DNA of 64,000 nt, taken from positions 1 through 64,000 of the forward strand of contig JAHLWZ010000830.1 in the NCBI GenBank assembly GCA_020536535.1, in the 5' to 3' direction. Source of the stretch: Pelomyxa schiedti. Lineage: Eukaryota > Protista > Evosea. Below the pieces are notes generated by a model. The model was not told the origin of the DNA and ran no database searches. It was given only the letters and a program-made list of their open reading frames with translations. This document shows, piece after piece, positions 13,989 to 26,931 of the stretch. A program made the translations under genes and the position numbers. Each line of letters begins with the position of its first letter. The first letter of the stretch is position 1.

Positions 13989-16832
13989 ATGGTGTCTTCA
14001 AGTGGGTTGGGCCACGTGCTTTTTGTCTTGGTTGCGGCAGGTTCTTTTTCCACCAGTTTTTTTGTCACTTCTTTCTGACTTTTGGTTTAGGTCTTTGTGG
14101 AGCTCAAGGTATTTTTTTTTTTTTTTATTTTGTATTGTTGTTTATATTTTGTTGATGGTATGTATGAAGATGACCTCGATTGTTACGGTGCTATGAGCAT
14201 ACCATCATTACCTTTTGTATATAGCGCAAGCACTCTGGATCAACCTGAGAGCTATATTGATTGCTTCCGTTTAACTTCCAGAGGTGACTGTTTTGTTTCT
14301 TTTAAAGCTACATTTTGTAATCTTTCCATTAGGATTTTTGTTTTCTTACCTCTCCAACACACCAACAACACTGGAAGCCGATACTTGCAATACCACATCT
14401 GGGTTTGACACACAGATTTTTGTGTTTTCTGGGTGCCACACAGATGGTGTCGTTGACGATTGTATTGTTGACGATGATGACTCATGTAATCTTACATCGA
14501 GAGTCAAATGGGTGGCGGAGAGTTCCACGCTGTACTATATTTTTGTTTCTGGCTTTGGAGCAACCACTGGCACATTCATGCTCAATGTTAGAGGTATGTG
14601 TTCCAATTTTCCTTTGGAGGGACTGAGTTCCTTACCCGACTTCTACTAACTCACAATCAAGTTTCAACCAGTAATGATTCTGAACCTGGTATGCTTTAAG
14701 CTGTATTCTAGTTTATCTTAGTTCGTTTGAGTAATAAGTTGTGAGTCTGCTTCCGTGATTGAGGAGTTACCTTTTACTGCGATCGGTTCCACTACTGCAT
14801 CATCAGAACTTTCTGCTTGCAGCGTACATAGCCCTGGTAGATTCATCATATTACCTTCGATTCTCACAGTTGTCACTAAAGCTAAATTGTATTCATATGT
14901 TCCAAGTGTCTCTGGCAAAGTGACAGCATCGACATGCAACAATATAACCAATTTTGACACAGAAATAACTGTTTTCGCAAATTGTGCTATGGATGGCATC
15001 GGCACCCGATGCATTACAAACAATGACGATGCTGATTCTTGTGGAATTGCTTCTCAAGTGGAATGGCAGGCCAATGCTTCTATTTCCTACACCATAGCCA
15101 TTGGAGGCTACGATGGTGACAGTGGAGATTTTTACCTATTAGTCCAAGGAAGTATGTAACCAGCCTCCAGGCAGGCATTTTGCCACTCTTCTTCTATATA
15201 TTCATTGTCTGTTTTAGACACAGAAGGAAGTGAGCCGAGTTCAGGTTCTTTCCCTTGTTTATTCACATCCATCTGACACTGATTCACGTTTATTTAGATA
15301 GGAGTTCATCAAGTTCTTCCAGCTCAGGTTGGTTAACTTCTTTTGTTTCGCCAATCTCAACTGAATTGCTCAATTCAGACTCTTCGAGCTTTTATGGTGA
15401 TTCTTCAGCATCTTCTTCTTCTGGTTCGGTGCTTATTTTCCAAATTTTTTATTGACCCTCACCTCCAGAAAACATCTGCGACAATGCTGTAGAGATTTCT
15501 GCACTCCCGTTTGAGTTTGAAGGCGTCATTAACGAGGATGATATTTCGTACATATCGTGCACGGGAAAGTCCTATCCCGGTATTTAAATACTCAAACTGA
15601 AGTGTTTACGAGCAACACTCACAATAAATTTCCTTACAAAGGCACTTTATTTTCCGTCACTACAAATACGAGAGTTTCTATTGAAGCATCGACGTGCGAC
15701 AGTTCCACCACACTTGACACAATCCTTGTCGTTTTCACTGGGTGCAACCGCTCCACTGTTGGTGCCCAGTGTATCAACGAGAACGATGACGCATGTGGGG
15801 ACCAATCTTTTGTAACGTGGGAAGCTTTACCACACGTAGAGTATTTCATATTTGTGGGGAGCTCCAATCATAATGAAGGAACCTTTTTCTTGTCAGTGAT
15901 AGGTTCACCTCTAAATTTCAGTAATTGAGTTTTAATGGTTGTTTTTAATGCAGAGGCGGGTGTTGAATCCAAACAAGGTACAAAACCAAAATGAAACCCT
16001 TTCGGCACTTTTTTTGTAACATTTTATTGATTAGACCAATCTTATTCATCCTGGGAATCTGAAGGCTCTGGTATTATCTCTTATTTGCCTCTTTTTTGCA
16101 TTTGACTGAACTAGAGCCTGCCATCTTAAACTGCTCTCGCGCAATAACCATCAAGACTTTACCATTTACTTACTCTGGCAACACTCTGACAGAACCAACA
16201 CAAACTCTCTCCTGCTTGCCAGTGTCTATGAAATGTATTCCAAGACTATAGATGCAACAATTTGACCTTATTGTTTACAAAGCTTCTCTGTTTGTCTACA
16301 TACCGCCCTCCAAAGTTGACTTGGAGGCTGATACTTGTGACAACACTGCAATTGACACGACTCTTGCCGTTTTTACTGGGTGCCGGTCCGACGGCGTTGC
16401 CACCGATTGCGTAGGCACAAGTGAAGACTCATGCGACCTCGGGTCATACGTGGAATGGTCCGCGACCAAGTTCACATCCTACTACATTCTCGTCGGCAGT
16501 TCTTCTGAAGCTGGCAACTTCACCCTTCACGTAAAGGGTAATTTCCATTCATATCCCTCTAATCTCAACGCAATGCGGTGTTCACATAACACACAGAGAG
16601 CCACGGAATAGGCAGCGTGATTGTGATTGCTATTATCGGTTGCACCGTTGCCGTTCTACTCGTAGCCGCCGCTGTGACAGTCTACATTATATCCAGAAAG
16701 TGCCCCCACCTCCTCAAGAAGAAGCCCACAGCAGACCACATATACGACGAAGTTCCCCTCACTCCCTCATCCAGCACTTCCACCCCACCCCCTGGATACA
16801 GTGACCCCTGGTCCACATCAACCAAATCCTAA
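13989..16832 (+). CDS. Type I membrane protein with four Cys-containing PPC-like beta-sandwich repeats
   Basis: Signal peptide MVSSSGLGHVLFVLVAAGLCGA. Four repeats with consensus C..A..I..LPF...G / LF.Y....LEA.TC.....DT.I.VF.GC......CI..NDD.C...S.V.W.A.....Y.I.V....G.F.L.V.G, Ser-rich linkers, TM VIVIAIIGCTVAVLLVAAAVTVYII and a short tail. Confidence 0.8.
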
Positions 16833-17092
16833 CTAAATCCAGTCCCTATTCAAAGCCCACCCTTTTCGTTCTGTAAAAAAAAATTTTTTTTTTGCTTGAT
16901 GGAAACGGGTGTTTGTTTTACCTCGAGTGGCCATTGTATGAGGATGTGTGGGTATGCATTCAACTCAAGTACCACAGTACAGATGCTCTTGGAGCCCAGG
17001 TATTCCTTTTTCTTTCGTGGAACCGCAGTGAAAAAGAAAAGTGCGGTAGCAGAAACCACCTTCTTCTTCCACAGTCAATTCGGTACAGAGAA

Positions 17093-18132
17093 TCACGGTG
17101 CTTGGGGTGTTTGAGGAGTTGTTAAGGTGGAGTCTCCTTTTGATGTGCTTGTTGTCTCTGCACGCAAAACCAGGAGTGGGAAGAACAATTCTTTTGAATG
17201 CTGTTCAACAGAAACGAGAGCCGGAATCCAAAGTGTACTTTGTCCTATTGCATCCTAGAAGGAATTACAACAGTACTGTGTGTTGCGCTGGTTTGGATCG
17301 GTACTCACTGTATATGACGCATTGCGGGGAGTGTATTCATATTGCAGCGGAGGATATCGCGACGCCATCATTTTGCTCTCGCTGTAAACTTCGAGGCAGA
17401 ATGCTTCTAAATCTCCAGTGAATGCATTCCCATATCTTGAGCAGTAACCCTTTTCAGTTGTTAAGAAGAATCACATAGTAACGCATGAGGCTACCTGCAC
17501 CTCAGAGAGGATCTGCTGGTAATGAGCCTCGGGAAAGAGAAGGAAGTTGTACTTTTGACACCATTCAGCCAAATCGGCGAGTGCAGAATCGGTAAATGGC
17601 GCACATTCAGAGAACCCTTGAAGACAACGGTCAAGTTTCATGACGACTTTGCTGTATATCAAAGTCATTAGCCCTGTTATGAAGTCCTGGGGCGACTCAA
17701 GGCCAGTCTCTTCAAGATATTGCCAAAACAGGAAAACGTCCTGCACCCAAATGACCCAGTTGATTGCATACTCATAATATATGTTCTTTCGAGCTTAACA
17801 CATCAAATATATGTGCATAGACACAATCTCCAGTGGAAAAGAATTCTTGCATACATCCCAGTTGGTGGCAGGGATGCATAGCTTACCGTTTTTCTGTATC
17901 TCTCAATCATGGCACGCAACTCGGAGTCCATTTGGGCATTCCTCTCTCGTAGCATGCCCTGCTTTCGTTGCTGTTGTTGCTTCGTTCCCTTGCCCAAGTC
18001 GTCTGGCTTTTTGCCCTGTGACTCGAAGTCGTGGACGGCGGCGCCGCTTTTGAGGTGTGGCGTCGGCTGTCCTTGTTTCTTGGTTTGTTTCGATGAGTCG
18101 TGCGACATTTGTTTCGATGAGTCGTGAGACAT
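17093..18132 (-). CDS. Hypothetical protein (basic N-terminus, helical core); 3' exons uncertain
   Basis: ATG at 18132 (MSHDSSKQ x2). The exon at 17471-17746 reads as helical protein, flanked by GT-AG introns. Confidence 0.45.
18085..18132 (-). repeat. 24-bp tandem duplication covering the start codon (MSHDSSKQ x2)
   Basis: 18085-18108 and 18109-18132 are 23/24 identical. Confidence 0.9.
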
Positions 18133-18432
18133 TGACGTCTGGTCGAGCGTCTCCAGAGATAGATGTTCTGAATGTGTAATTGCGTAATGGAGGCCGTATG
18201 ATTGCCGCTTCGAAATGCGAAGCGGCGTGCTTATGCGTTCTTTTAAAGAAAGAGAGGGTCTGTGACAGCAGCTTGTGTGGTAAGTCACTCTCGCTGGAAC
18301 GATTGTGAAAAAGACGATGCGGCAGTTGTAGCATACGAAAAAGGATCGGCGTAAGAACACAATAAATCTACTTTGTTTGGCGGGTTGTCGTTGTTTGTCG
18401 CATCTGTCGTCTCACATGGCGACACAGACCCG

Positions 18433-19137
18433 ATGCCAACGACGTTCAGGCACCCGTTCCTTCCCGGTGTTGCCGATTTCACCGAAAGCAAAACGATCAG
18501 AGTTTGGGTGATGGACACAGCAGACTGGTACGGGAGGCAGTACGAGGTGTTCGAGGAGCAGGGGTACCTGTGCCCCAGCGTGCTGGTGCCGCAGCGCGAG
18601 ACCATGCGGGGGCTCGCGGGGCTGCTCACCTCGCGGGGGTGCCGGCGCGCCGCGAGCGTGGGCTGCGGCGCCTGCGTGTGGGAGTTCTGCCTCGCTGAGT
18701 GGCTCGAGGGCCTCCTGGGCGTCGACGTCGTCGACTCCCGCATCGACTTGGTCCGCGGCCCCGGCTCCAAGGTCTCCTTCGTGTTGGCTGCCGCTGCCAA
18801 ACCAACGTTCCCCGTCGCTGCCGACGCTTCTGGGTCTGAACGGAATCCGGAGGGTAATTGTGGGACCGGGAATGTGGGCGGGGAGGACTTTGGAATGTTG
18901 CCGGAAATACCGGCGGACCACGGACTGATTTCGTTCTTCCCGGTTCTGGGGATCCCACTGGAGGAATACATCAGGAGATACAGGGGGAGGATTGTGATGA
19001 TGGTCACGGACCATGCATACAGCAGACTGGGATGTTTGAAGGACACGCTGAGGGCCTGCGGGTTTGTGTGTGAGGTGGACTCGGTCACCACCCTGCCCTG
19101 GGGAAAAGAACTGATGCTGTGGACTAGAAGAATGTAA
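18433..19137 (+). CDS. Intronless class I SAM-dependent methyltransferase-like protein
   Basis: Motif-I-like ASVGCGACVWEFCL followed by LLGVDVVD, then ISFFP and IVMMVTD strands. GC-rich ORF. Confidence 0.55.
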   Translation: MPTTFRHPFLPGVADFTESKTIRVWVMDTADWYGRQYEVFEEQGYLCPSVLVPQRETMRGLAGLLTSRGCRRAASVGCGACVWEFCLAEWLEGLLGVDVVDSRIDLVRGPGSKVSFVLAAAAKPTFPVAADASGSERNPEGNCGTGNVGGEDFGMLPEIPADHGLISFFPVLGIPLEEYIRRYRGRIVMMVTDHAYSRLGCLKDTLRACGFVCEVDSVTTLPWGKELMLWTRRM

Positions 19138-19236
19138 CACACATGATCAGTGGATGAGTGCTTTGCTTTGTCTAGAAAGAAATTTTTTTTCTTTGCCCAA
19201 TCTCCTACAATACCCAATGCTTGACGTTTAAGCTCC

Positions 19237-20058
19237 TCAAGTCGAATTGAAAGAGACATCTTCCAACCCACTGAACCCAACAACAACGTCTCCACGCGAG
19301 TCATAGATAAGCAGTTCTTGACTGGAGTGCCCTGGTGGGACCGCTGGTGGCGCTAGTACGCGTAGATGGAAGATGAACCCCGACTCGGCACTGATGTGCA
19401 TATCTCTGTGGCCTGGCACCACCACAGGTCCCAGGCGCCTTAGTGGCTCTGTTGCATTGCCGTTGAAATTCCAGATTTCCACAGTGTAGTTCCTCTTTGA
19501 GACACAACAGTGAGGAACTCAGCTCTGACACCAGGCGTACATCCTCAGAGAGCGGCTTCAGGGAATCAGCACCGTAATACTCACAACCCTCCTCAAGCCT
19601 GAACACCTTTCTCGAGTGCTCTATTACCATTACACAGCCTGCCGTTGTGCTCATCACAGCACTTAGTAAGCTCAAATCGCCCCTGGTGTGCCAAATTGTA
19701 ATGCTCACCACAACTGGTTCCAGTGTTGCGTGTGTCTTCGCCACATCGATCACCGTGATGCTCACGTAGCGGGGGTCATTACTCTCATCGTACACAAGGT
19801 CCAGTGAAATAAACACTTCATCAGGATACTTCTTTCTGACGAGCCTGTTGGTGGAACGAAGCAACACTGCAATGCCCTGTCTTCACCTTCGAGTGAACTC
19901 CACACCTCCAGCATGCACCCCCTCTTCGCTTTAAATTCGCACCTCAGGCCCCACTTCCCATTGACCGAGCCCTTTAGGAGTTCTCCGCGAAGGCGAGGCC
20001 TTGTGGCTGTTGTTGATGTTTCTACACGACCTCGCTTGTTCGGTGGTGGACTCTCCAT
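19237..20058 (-). CDS. Hypothetical beta-rich protein, spliced
   Basis: MESPPPNKRGRVE start (NLS-like). Three protein-like ORF segments separated by short intron-like gaps. Confidence 0.45.
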
Positions 20059-20402
20059 TTCTTTTTTTTCATTGGTGAGTAAGGGATCGAAAAAGCCCCC
20101 TGTCACCTGACTGAGTTGAGTCGACAGTCAACACCAACCACAAGGCCACAGTGAGGCTGTTTGTCACATGATGGAAGTGTCACTCGTTTGTCGTCGTGCA
20201 TCGTTTGTGCTTGAATCGACTAGTCAAATCAATTTCTGAGTTGTATTTAATTCAAATGGACACATGTGAAATGGCACAACAACTTGTTGACAGTCTGGAG
20301 CGGCTGTAAGGGAACCCTGAGACACACTACAACCCGAGTCTCCACAGGCGCAAAAGAAGAGTGTTTGCACAAGAACGAACATTTTGATTAAGGTTATTGG
20401 TT

Positions 20403-21162
20403 TTAGAATGTGACCTCTCCCTTCTTCTTCTTCTTGCTCTCGGCACCAAGTTCGAAGTGCTTTGCTCTCTTGAGGGTGGTTTGGGTCTTGTGGCCACAGC
20501 GGGTGCACTCAAGCCTCAGAACGACCTTCTTGGTGACTTTTGCCTAGTGGGATGTAAGTTTGGGTTAGGGGGAATTGTTGGATGTGTTGTTGAATAATTG
20601 CGTTGATAGAATGTAAGTTGTATTGGAGTGAATAGAGGTGAGGCTTTAAATTGTAGTAAAAAGCGCCATCAGGAAAGGAAGTACAAACCTTTTTGTGGAA
20701 GACAGGCTTCTTCTGGCCTCCAAAACCTTTCATTTTCCTGTCATATCGTCTCTTACCTGGTTGTTTATGTTGGTGTCAAGAATTTTGAAATAACAAAATC
20801 GAAACAAAAGCAAGTGGTGGTTGTGAAAGGTAAAAGGTAGAAAAAAAAACCAGGGACAAACCTTGAGCCAAAAGGCTGTCCTTGCCCTTTTTGTACTGTG
20901 AAATCTTGTGTGGTGTGTGTCTTTTGCACTTCCTGCTAGGGCAGTACGTGTTCTTGGACTTGGGCCAAGCGACCTTCACGAAAACAAGGTCAAACAAATT
21001 AACACGTGGTACACAAGGAAAACCACAAATCGAGGGGGAAAAAAAAAATCGCAAACATTGTGTCACTTTCGCAACGTTACGAAAACGACACGCCGAGAAT
21101 AAAAAAAACGCGAAACGAACGGCACCACAACCATGAGAGTGGCATAACGCTATGCGTACCAT
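20403..21162 (-). CDS. RPL36A: 60S ribosomal protein eL42 (L44/L36a), 4 exons
   Basis: ATG|intron|[37 protein letters not shown]|[23 protein letters not shown]|[33 protein letters not shown]... Confidence 0.95.
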
Positions 21163-21475
21163 TTTGAAAGCAACACAAAAGTTTGTTCGCTCTTGTTATA
21201 CGGTGTTGATGGACGAAAAGGAAAAAAGAAAATTAAGAAAAAGGCAACAATCGGTAATTAAATTTACGTAAGGTTAAACTCTGCAATTGCTCCGTTAGAA
21301 CGAATCTATTCCTTTCTTTGATTGGTTCCGAGTCTGACTGGTGGACCTTACCCTATTCCTCCTAACAACACAGGACGGCTTTGACTCGCCATTTGTTTTA
21401 TTTGTGAGTTCAAAAAGACCTTTGTCTAACTTAAAAGAAGGGCAGGAGCCAAAAATTTTGTGTCACCAAGGTACA

Positions 21476-22317
21476 TTAATGGAGGTACTGTGACATCCAA
21501 CGGAAGGCTTCACCGTATCCTTGGCGCTTGGCAATGCTGCACATGAAGACCTCAATTGGACGAATTCCCTCAGTGAGGGGTGCTGTGCCTTTGCCAGTGG
21601 TGTGTGTGAGCCCAAGTGCAGATCGAAGTTCCGCCTCGGATACGGCATTCTCCAAATCAATCTTGTTCCCCAGAATCACAAACGGGGAATTTTGGAGTTC
21701 TTCGCAGGCAAGGAGGTACTGTATGTGTATCAGTTGTTATCATCAAGTTGGGTTTGTTTGGACTCACATCAAGCTCTTCTTTTGCCTCCGCAAAACGGTC
21801 CCTATCCCATGAGTCAACCAGAAATATAATGGAGTCGGCCTTGGCGTAGTACTCCTTCCATAATCTCCTCGCTGTGTAAAGGTCATTGATTGTTCAAGGT
21901 AGAGGAATACGAACCTTCTTTGTGGCCACCAAGATCAAAGGCATTGAACTTGACGTTGCCCATTACGAGCTCTTCCATAGCTATAGACTCAATCAGAAAG
22001 ATAAAGAAACTTGGAGTACGTACTCGGGTGTTTGGTGGGCGGATGTACTGCAATCTTGTCATCGCGGAGAACATGCAAAAGTGCTGTTCGGTTGAAAAGA
22101 ATCAACGTTGGTACCAAAATTTAAAAACAACACACTCGTTTTTCCAGCATTGTCAAGGCCCAAGAAAAGTATCTTGGCGTGTGTGTAGCCAAGACCTAAC
22201 AGAATAAAATTTAAAAAATAAAAATAATAGTAAAATAACGTTAGGAAAAGGAAAATACAGAAACACCCAGTTACCTAACCACGACAAAACGCTCCAAAAC
22301 CAATCGAAAATCCACAT
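21476..22317 (-). CDS. SAR1: Sar1 small GTPase (COPII), multi-exon
   Basis: [63 protein letters not shown]. Confidence 0.96.
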
Positions 22318-22622
22318 TTTCTTTATCGACTCGTAAGACCGGTGTCGCGCGGTGCTTGTTGTCGCAGATCCTTTTTTGTTAAGCAGCTCTGATTTCACCA
22401 AAAACTTTTCGTGCAAACTGTCAGAAAACTGGGTGAAAAGAACCCCAAAGAAACCGGGCTTTGGTAAAAAAGCGACATCAACGAGCCTCGGTGCCGGCAG
22501 TAAGAAATAATTTAAAAAACAACAACAACACAAAACAAAAAAGAAGCACTCTCTCATTACCACCTTTTTTTTCCTGCCTTGCAACAAAAAAACCTCACCA
22601 ACACAAGGAAAAACAAGGAAAA

Positions 22623-24622
22623 ATGGGACTGGACAGTAGTGCAATTGGAACAATTGTGGTGAGTGCGCTTGTCATTGTCATTGTGGCGGCAGCATGTGTT
22701 CTGGATCTACTGCATAACACCGAGCATCATCCGCCAGCGTTTATAAAGCGCAGATTTGTGAATTGGTTCCTCGTTGGTCTCACTTATGCAAGCACATATT
22801 TCGGGAGGTACGACTAGCGCTTTTTAAATACTATTTTCGAATGCAATGCGTGATTGTTTTTTTCATTACGACTGAGAGTTATAATTTCACGAGTATATAA
22901 GCAGACAGTGGTAGAAGTTAACTGCAAACCAGGTACAATATGAATGTCGCGAATCAACAGGGAACATACGATATATTGCAAGTTACTTCCGGGCAATTTG
23001 GTTCTATCATTACAGTTGGATTTGTATCTTATGCCATTTTTGTTGTGATCAATGGGTTCACCGTGGATATCATTGGGGCTAGGATATCCCTAGTCATTGG
23101 AGCTTATGGCTCTGCTGTTTTTAATGTCGCAATGGTATGTTTTTCTGTAAAAGAGTATAGTTACACCCCTGTTTTCCTTATTTACCTGCTTGTTCTTTTT
23201 TCTTCCCAGGGGCTTTTTGCAAAGTATAATACAATGACCGGTGGGACAACTATTGTAATAATATCTTGCCTATATGCATGCAACAACTTCTTCCAAACGT
23301 TTTGTACATCGGCTATCTGCAAAGTCTCAGCTTACCTTTTCTATTTTTGTCTTATAAAATTTAGGTTGGAGTCAATTGGTATAGAAAGACGGAGAGAGGT
23401 TATTTTTCAGGAATTTTTGGAGTGGTAATCAGCCTTGGCTTCTTCTTTGCGTTCCAGGTTAGATATTTTCTGTGTAAACCATGGTGACCGTTAGAAAGGT
23501 TTGCGGTGTTATCTATATGTATATGGATTGGTGCTGGATATTCTTCTTCCCCGCAATGCAACTTGCAGTGTTTGCAACAATCAATATCTTTGTCACCAAA
23601 AACACACCAGCAGACGCTGGCTTCCCTCAAGTTGAGATCACTCCAAAGGAACCCACAGAAAATCAACCTCTTCTTTTAAACAAGGTACCGGTCATCAATT
23701 TTAAAATGTACTCACTTTTTAAGGATGAAGAAGCGAAAACCACTGGTGCCAAAGCTAAGCTACATCAAGTTATGAAGCTCTTCAAAACTGTCTTCATGCA
23801 GCCCATATTCATTTTGTTGTGTCTTGTTGATGTATGCCTTGGGTGGTGCAGGGATGGTGTGCTTTCATGGTACACCGAAGTACTGAAAGGAAGATTTTTA
23901 TGTGATTCCTCTTCAAATCAGTATTCTCTTGCCAGTGGTGGTACAACAATAGGAGGAATGTTTGGCTCACTCAGTGCCGGCATTTTGTCTGACTCTTTCC
24001 TGTTCAAGAGTAAGAGGCCACCAGTTGCCTTCCTTTATTTCTGCTTATTGACAGCAACGTACCTGGGGATGGTGTGGGTATGCAACCTTTTCTCTCTTGC
24101 CCAATAACAACCTTTTTCCAGATTAATGGAAGCTGGGCCTTTGCCAGTCTCGTAGCCATTGCTTCTATGTGGCTCAGTGGTTTGAATGGCTTGATTACTA
24201 GTACGTGTGCTATGGATTTCGCCGGCTCCGCCGCAACCGGCACTGCTGTAGGGCTTCTGGATGGCGTGCAAAAGATCGGTTCATCCCTAACCGGGTCACT
24301 GATGGGTCTCATTCTTGATGTGCAGTCTGCAAACGTAACATCGTCGTCATCCATCAGTGCGGCCGTGTCAGACAACTCCCTCTTTTCATTACTGTCTTCT
24401 GTCTCTTCCGCTATCAGCAGCAGTGTTGCCGCCTTTGTTGCCATCTCCCAAGAAAACTACAAGCACTGGGTTGAGTCCATGATCCCCACTGCCGTATTTG
24501 CAGGACTCATCCTCCTAGTACTCACCATTTGGCCTGACTTTTTGAAGAAGAAGATTGAGCCAGTCAAGGGTGTCACATCTGAGTGCTGTGTTGACCATGA
24601 GGCACAAAAAGGCACACACTAA
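22623..24622 (+). CDS. MFS transporter, OPA (GlpT/UhpT/SLC37-like) family
   Basis: GLTYASTYFGRYN, GFTVDIIGAR, GILSDSFLFKSKRPPV, AMDFAGSAATGTAVGLLDG; about 12 hydrophobic segments plus an extra N-terminal TM. Confidence 0.88.
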
Positions 24623-24952
24623 ACGTCCTTGCATACAGCACACATTGCACAATACTGCAACACATCACGTCTATGAAACAAATTTTGTTTCGTTTTTCCA
24701 CTTAGCGGAAATTCTTGACTCTATTCAATTGCTTCGTTCTCTAGCAACGGACACCAAAAAAGAAAAAGAAAAAATAAACTTCGCTTGGTTATTCAAGGGA
24801 AAAAACATCTGCGAAGGCTCAAAGGAAGAAAAAAAATAAAAAAAAAGATAGACCGACACCGCTACCGGGGTCACGTTCACGTTTTTTGATGGCTGACAAA
24901 GCACGCAACACAACAACACAAAACAAAAATAAAACAGAAACACACAACAACG

Positions 24953-26931
24953 ATGCCAGCCGTCACTTCCCCAAGATCTACGACACAACCCGTTTATATA
25001 AGCACGCCCAACACAACTCACACTTGTTATACGATGCGCATTTTGCTGCTACGACCACGTAGAAAAACGTTGAATCACTTACAGCATACCACAAAACAAT
25101 ACACAGCAACTTCAAGTGTCGGTTGCATCACTACAGCCAGCCGATAAGGACGGTTGGTGCACCAAACAAGGTGGCTCCATTAAGACATGGAAGAGGCGTT
25201 GGTTCGTTCTTAAAGAGAAGCGTTTATGGTACTTCAAAGGGAGATCGGTGACTACCCTTACCCCACTTAGCACTCGTTTCGCATCCCTTATCTCCTTTTT
25301 CTCTTTTTCTTTTTATCCTAATTTCGACTAGGACACAGAAGCCATGGGGTTCATTGACTTGGAGCCAACAAGTCAAGTGAAAGACGAATCAGAAAAAAAG
25401 AAACCCATGTTTTCCATTTCTGCACGTGGTCCTAAGTATGTCATTACTGTATTAAGGTGTACTAAACTTTCCACTCAATCTGCAGGGGACACCGCGTTTT
25501 CCTTATTAAACCTGACACACAGCCTGAAGTCCCTGAATGGATAGAAGCAATCAAGCGCAATATTTCCGGCAAAGAAGCCCACGGAACCAATCTACCTCCC
25601 ACTTCTAATACACCAAATCAGACAACCACTACACCACCTTCAAACACCACCACAACCACCCCACCATCCAATACCACCCCCCCAGTGACAGTTATTCCAC
25701 CTGTCGTTAAGATCGAACCTGGTAATACTATCCTTCTTAAACAGAAGTTTTTTACATGCTTTGCAGCAGGACCTCTTTCAGATTCAAGAGCCAAATTAAA
25801 TGCCGCTAAATCAACTATTCCTTTCCTTCAGGATCCAGAGAGTAAAGTCCTCGAATTCTGGCAGGTGCGCTCATGGAAATTTGACTGACTTCTGGAATTA
25901 ATACTTTCTTTGTCATTTAGATTTGGTGTGAGAGTATACCTCCTCGAAGTGAACTTGTTGCTGGTCAGGCAATTGACTTCCTCATCTCCGTTTCTGCCGA
26001 AATGGAAAAACTCACATGGCGTACCTGTGGACCACAAAATCTTTTTATTCAAAAGATGGTTGATTTCTTCTGGAATGTTGGTGCTCCCGAATCGGAGATT
26101 GACAAGCTGAATGACGTTGGCGCCTTGATCAATCCCATCAAGATTGGGTCTTGGATTGACATGAGTGGCAAAGGTGGAATGGATGGTGGGTGGTACTTCC
26201 CAGTTGATATCGCCACCAAGGTAATTGCTGCCATTAATGAGATTTCCTCCTAAATTTCTGCCAGCTTGCCATTGAAGCAGCTGACTCCGGAGACCCCACC
26301 AAAAAAGTAACGGAATGGTGTGAAACCCACAATGTTGCTCAATGCTATTCCGTTGGCAGAGATATGGGTGCTGCACCCCCAAGACAAACCGAAATGCGAA
26401 TGAGACTGCCCGGTGGCGATTTCACAGCCCAATTAACCGTATGTAAAATGAATACTTCCACTTTGTAAGTATCCCGCAGCTCGCAATTGATGCCTTTGCC
26501 ACCTTTGGCTTCCCACCGTTGCCTGAACAAGCACTGTCATCAATTAGAGCTTCTCCTACCGAAGGCTTATGCCTCTCTATTATTACTGCCAGCGATGGCT
26601 TTGTCAGGTAATTTGAATGAAAGGTGGGTGTATAAAAACTAAGTAATTACAGGCTGGGAATGTTGTGCCCGCGGCCATCAAGGGAACTTGTTGGACACCT
26701 TGTGGAGCAGGTGAACGGAAAACCTGACGGCATCGCCAGACTCGAAGCTGCCCTTGGAAATGCCCCTCCATCCTTCATAGAACTTCAGTATCTGATGAAA
26801 GGCTTCGGGTATTCAGTCTACAAAGAGGGCTTTGATGTGAGTACTTCGGTTCTAAATTGCACTCTTTTTTCTTACAAGTTCCACAGGTTGTCATCCACTG
26901 GTCCATTACCCCCGAAGAGTCCGGCCCATAA
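24953..26931 (+). CDS. PH-domain protein with Thr/Pro linker and unassigned globular C-terminal domain
   Basis: KDGWCTKQGGSIKTWKRRWFVLKEKRLWYFK...EWIEAIK. About 280-aa C-terminal region over several exons ending SITPEESGP*. Confidence 0.85.

Noticed and set aside
18412-19140. 242-aa minus-strand ORF (also 18285-19304)
   Set aside because: Overlaps the methyltransferase-like ORF in GC-rich DNA and has no recognisable motifs.
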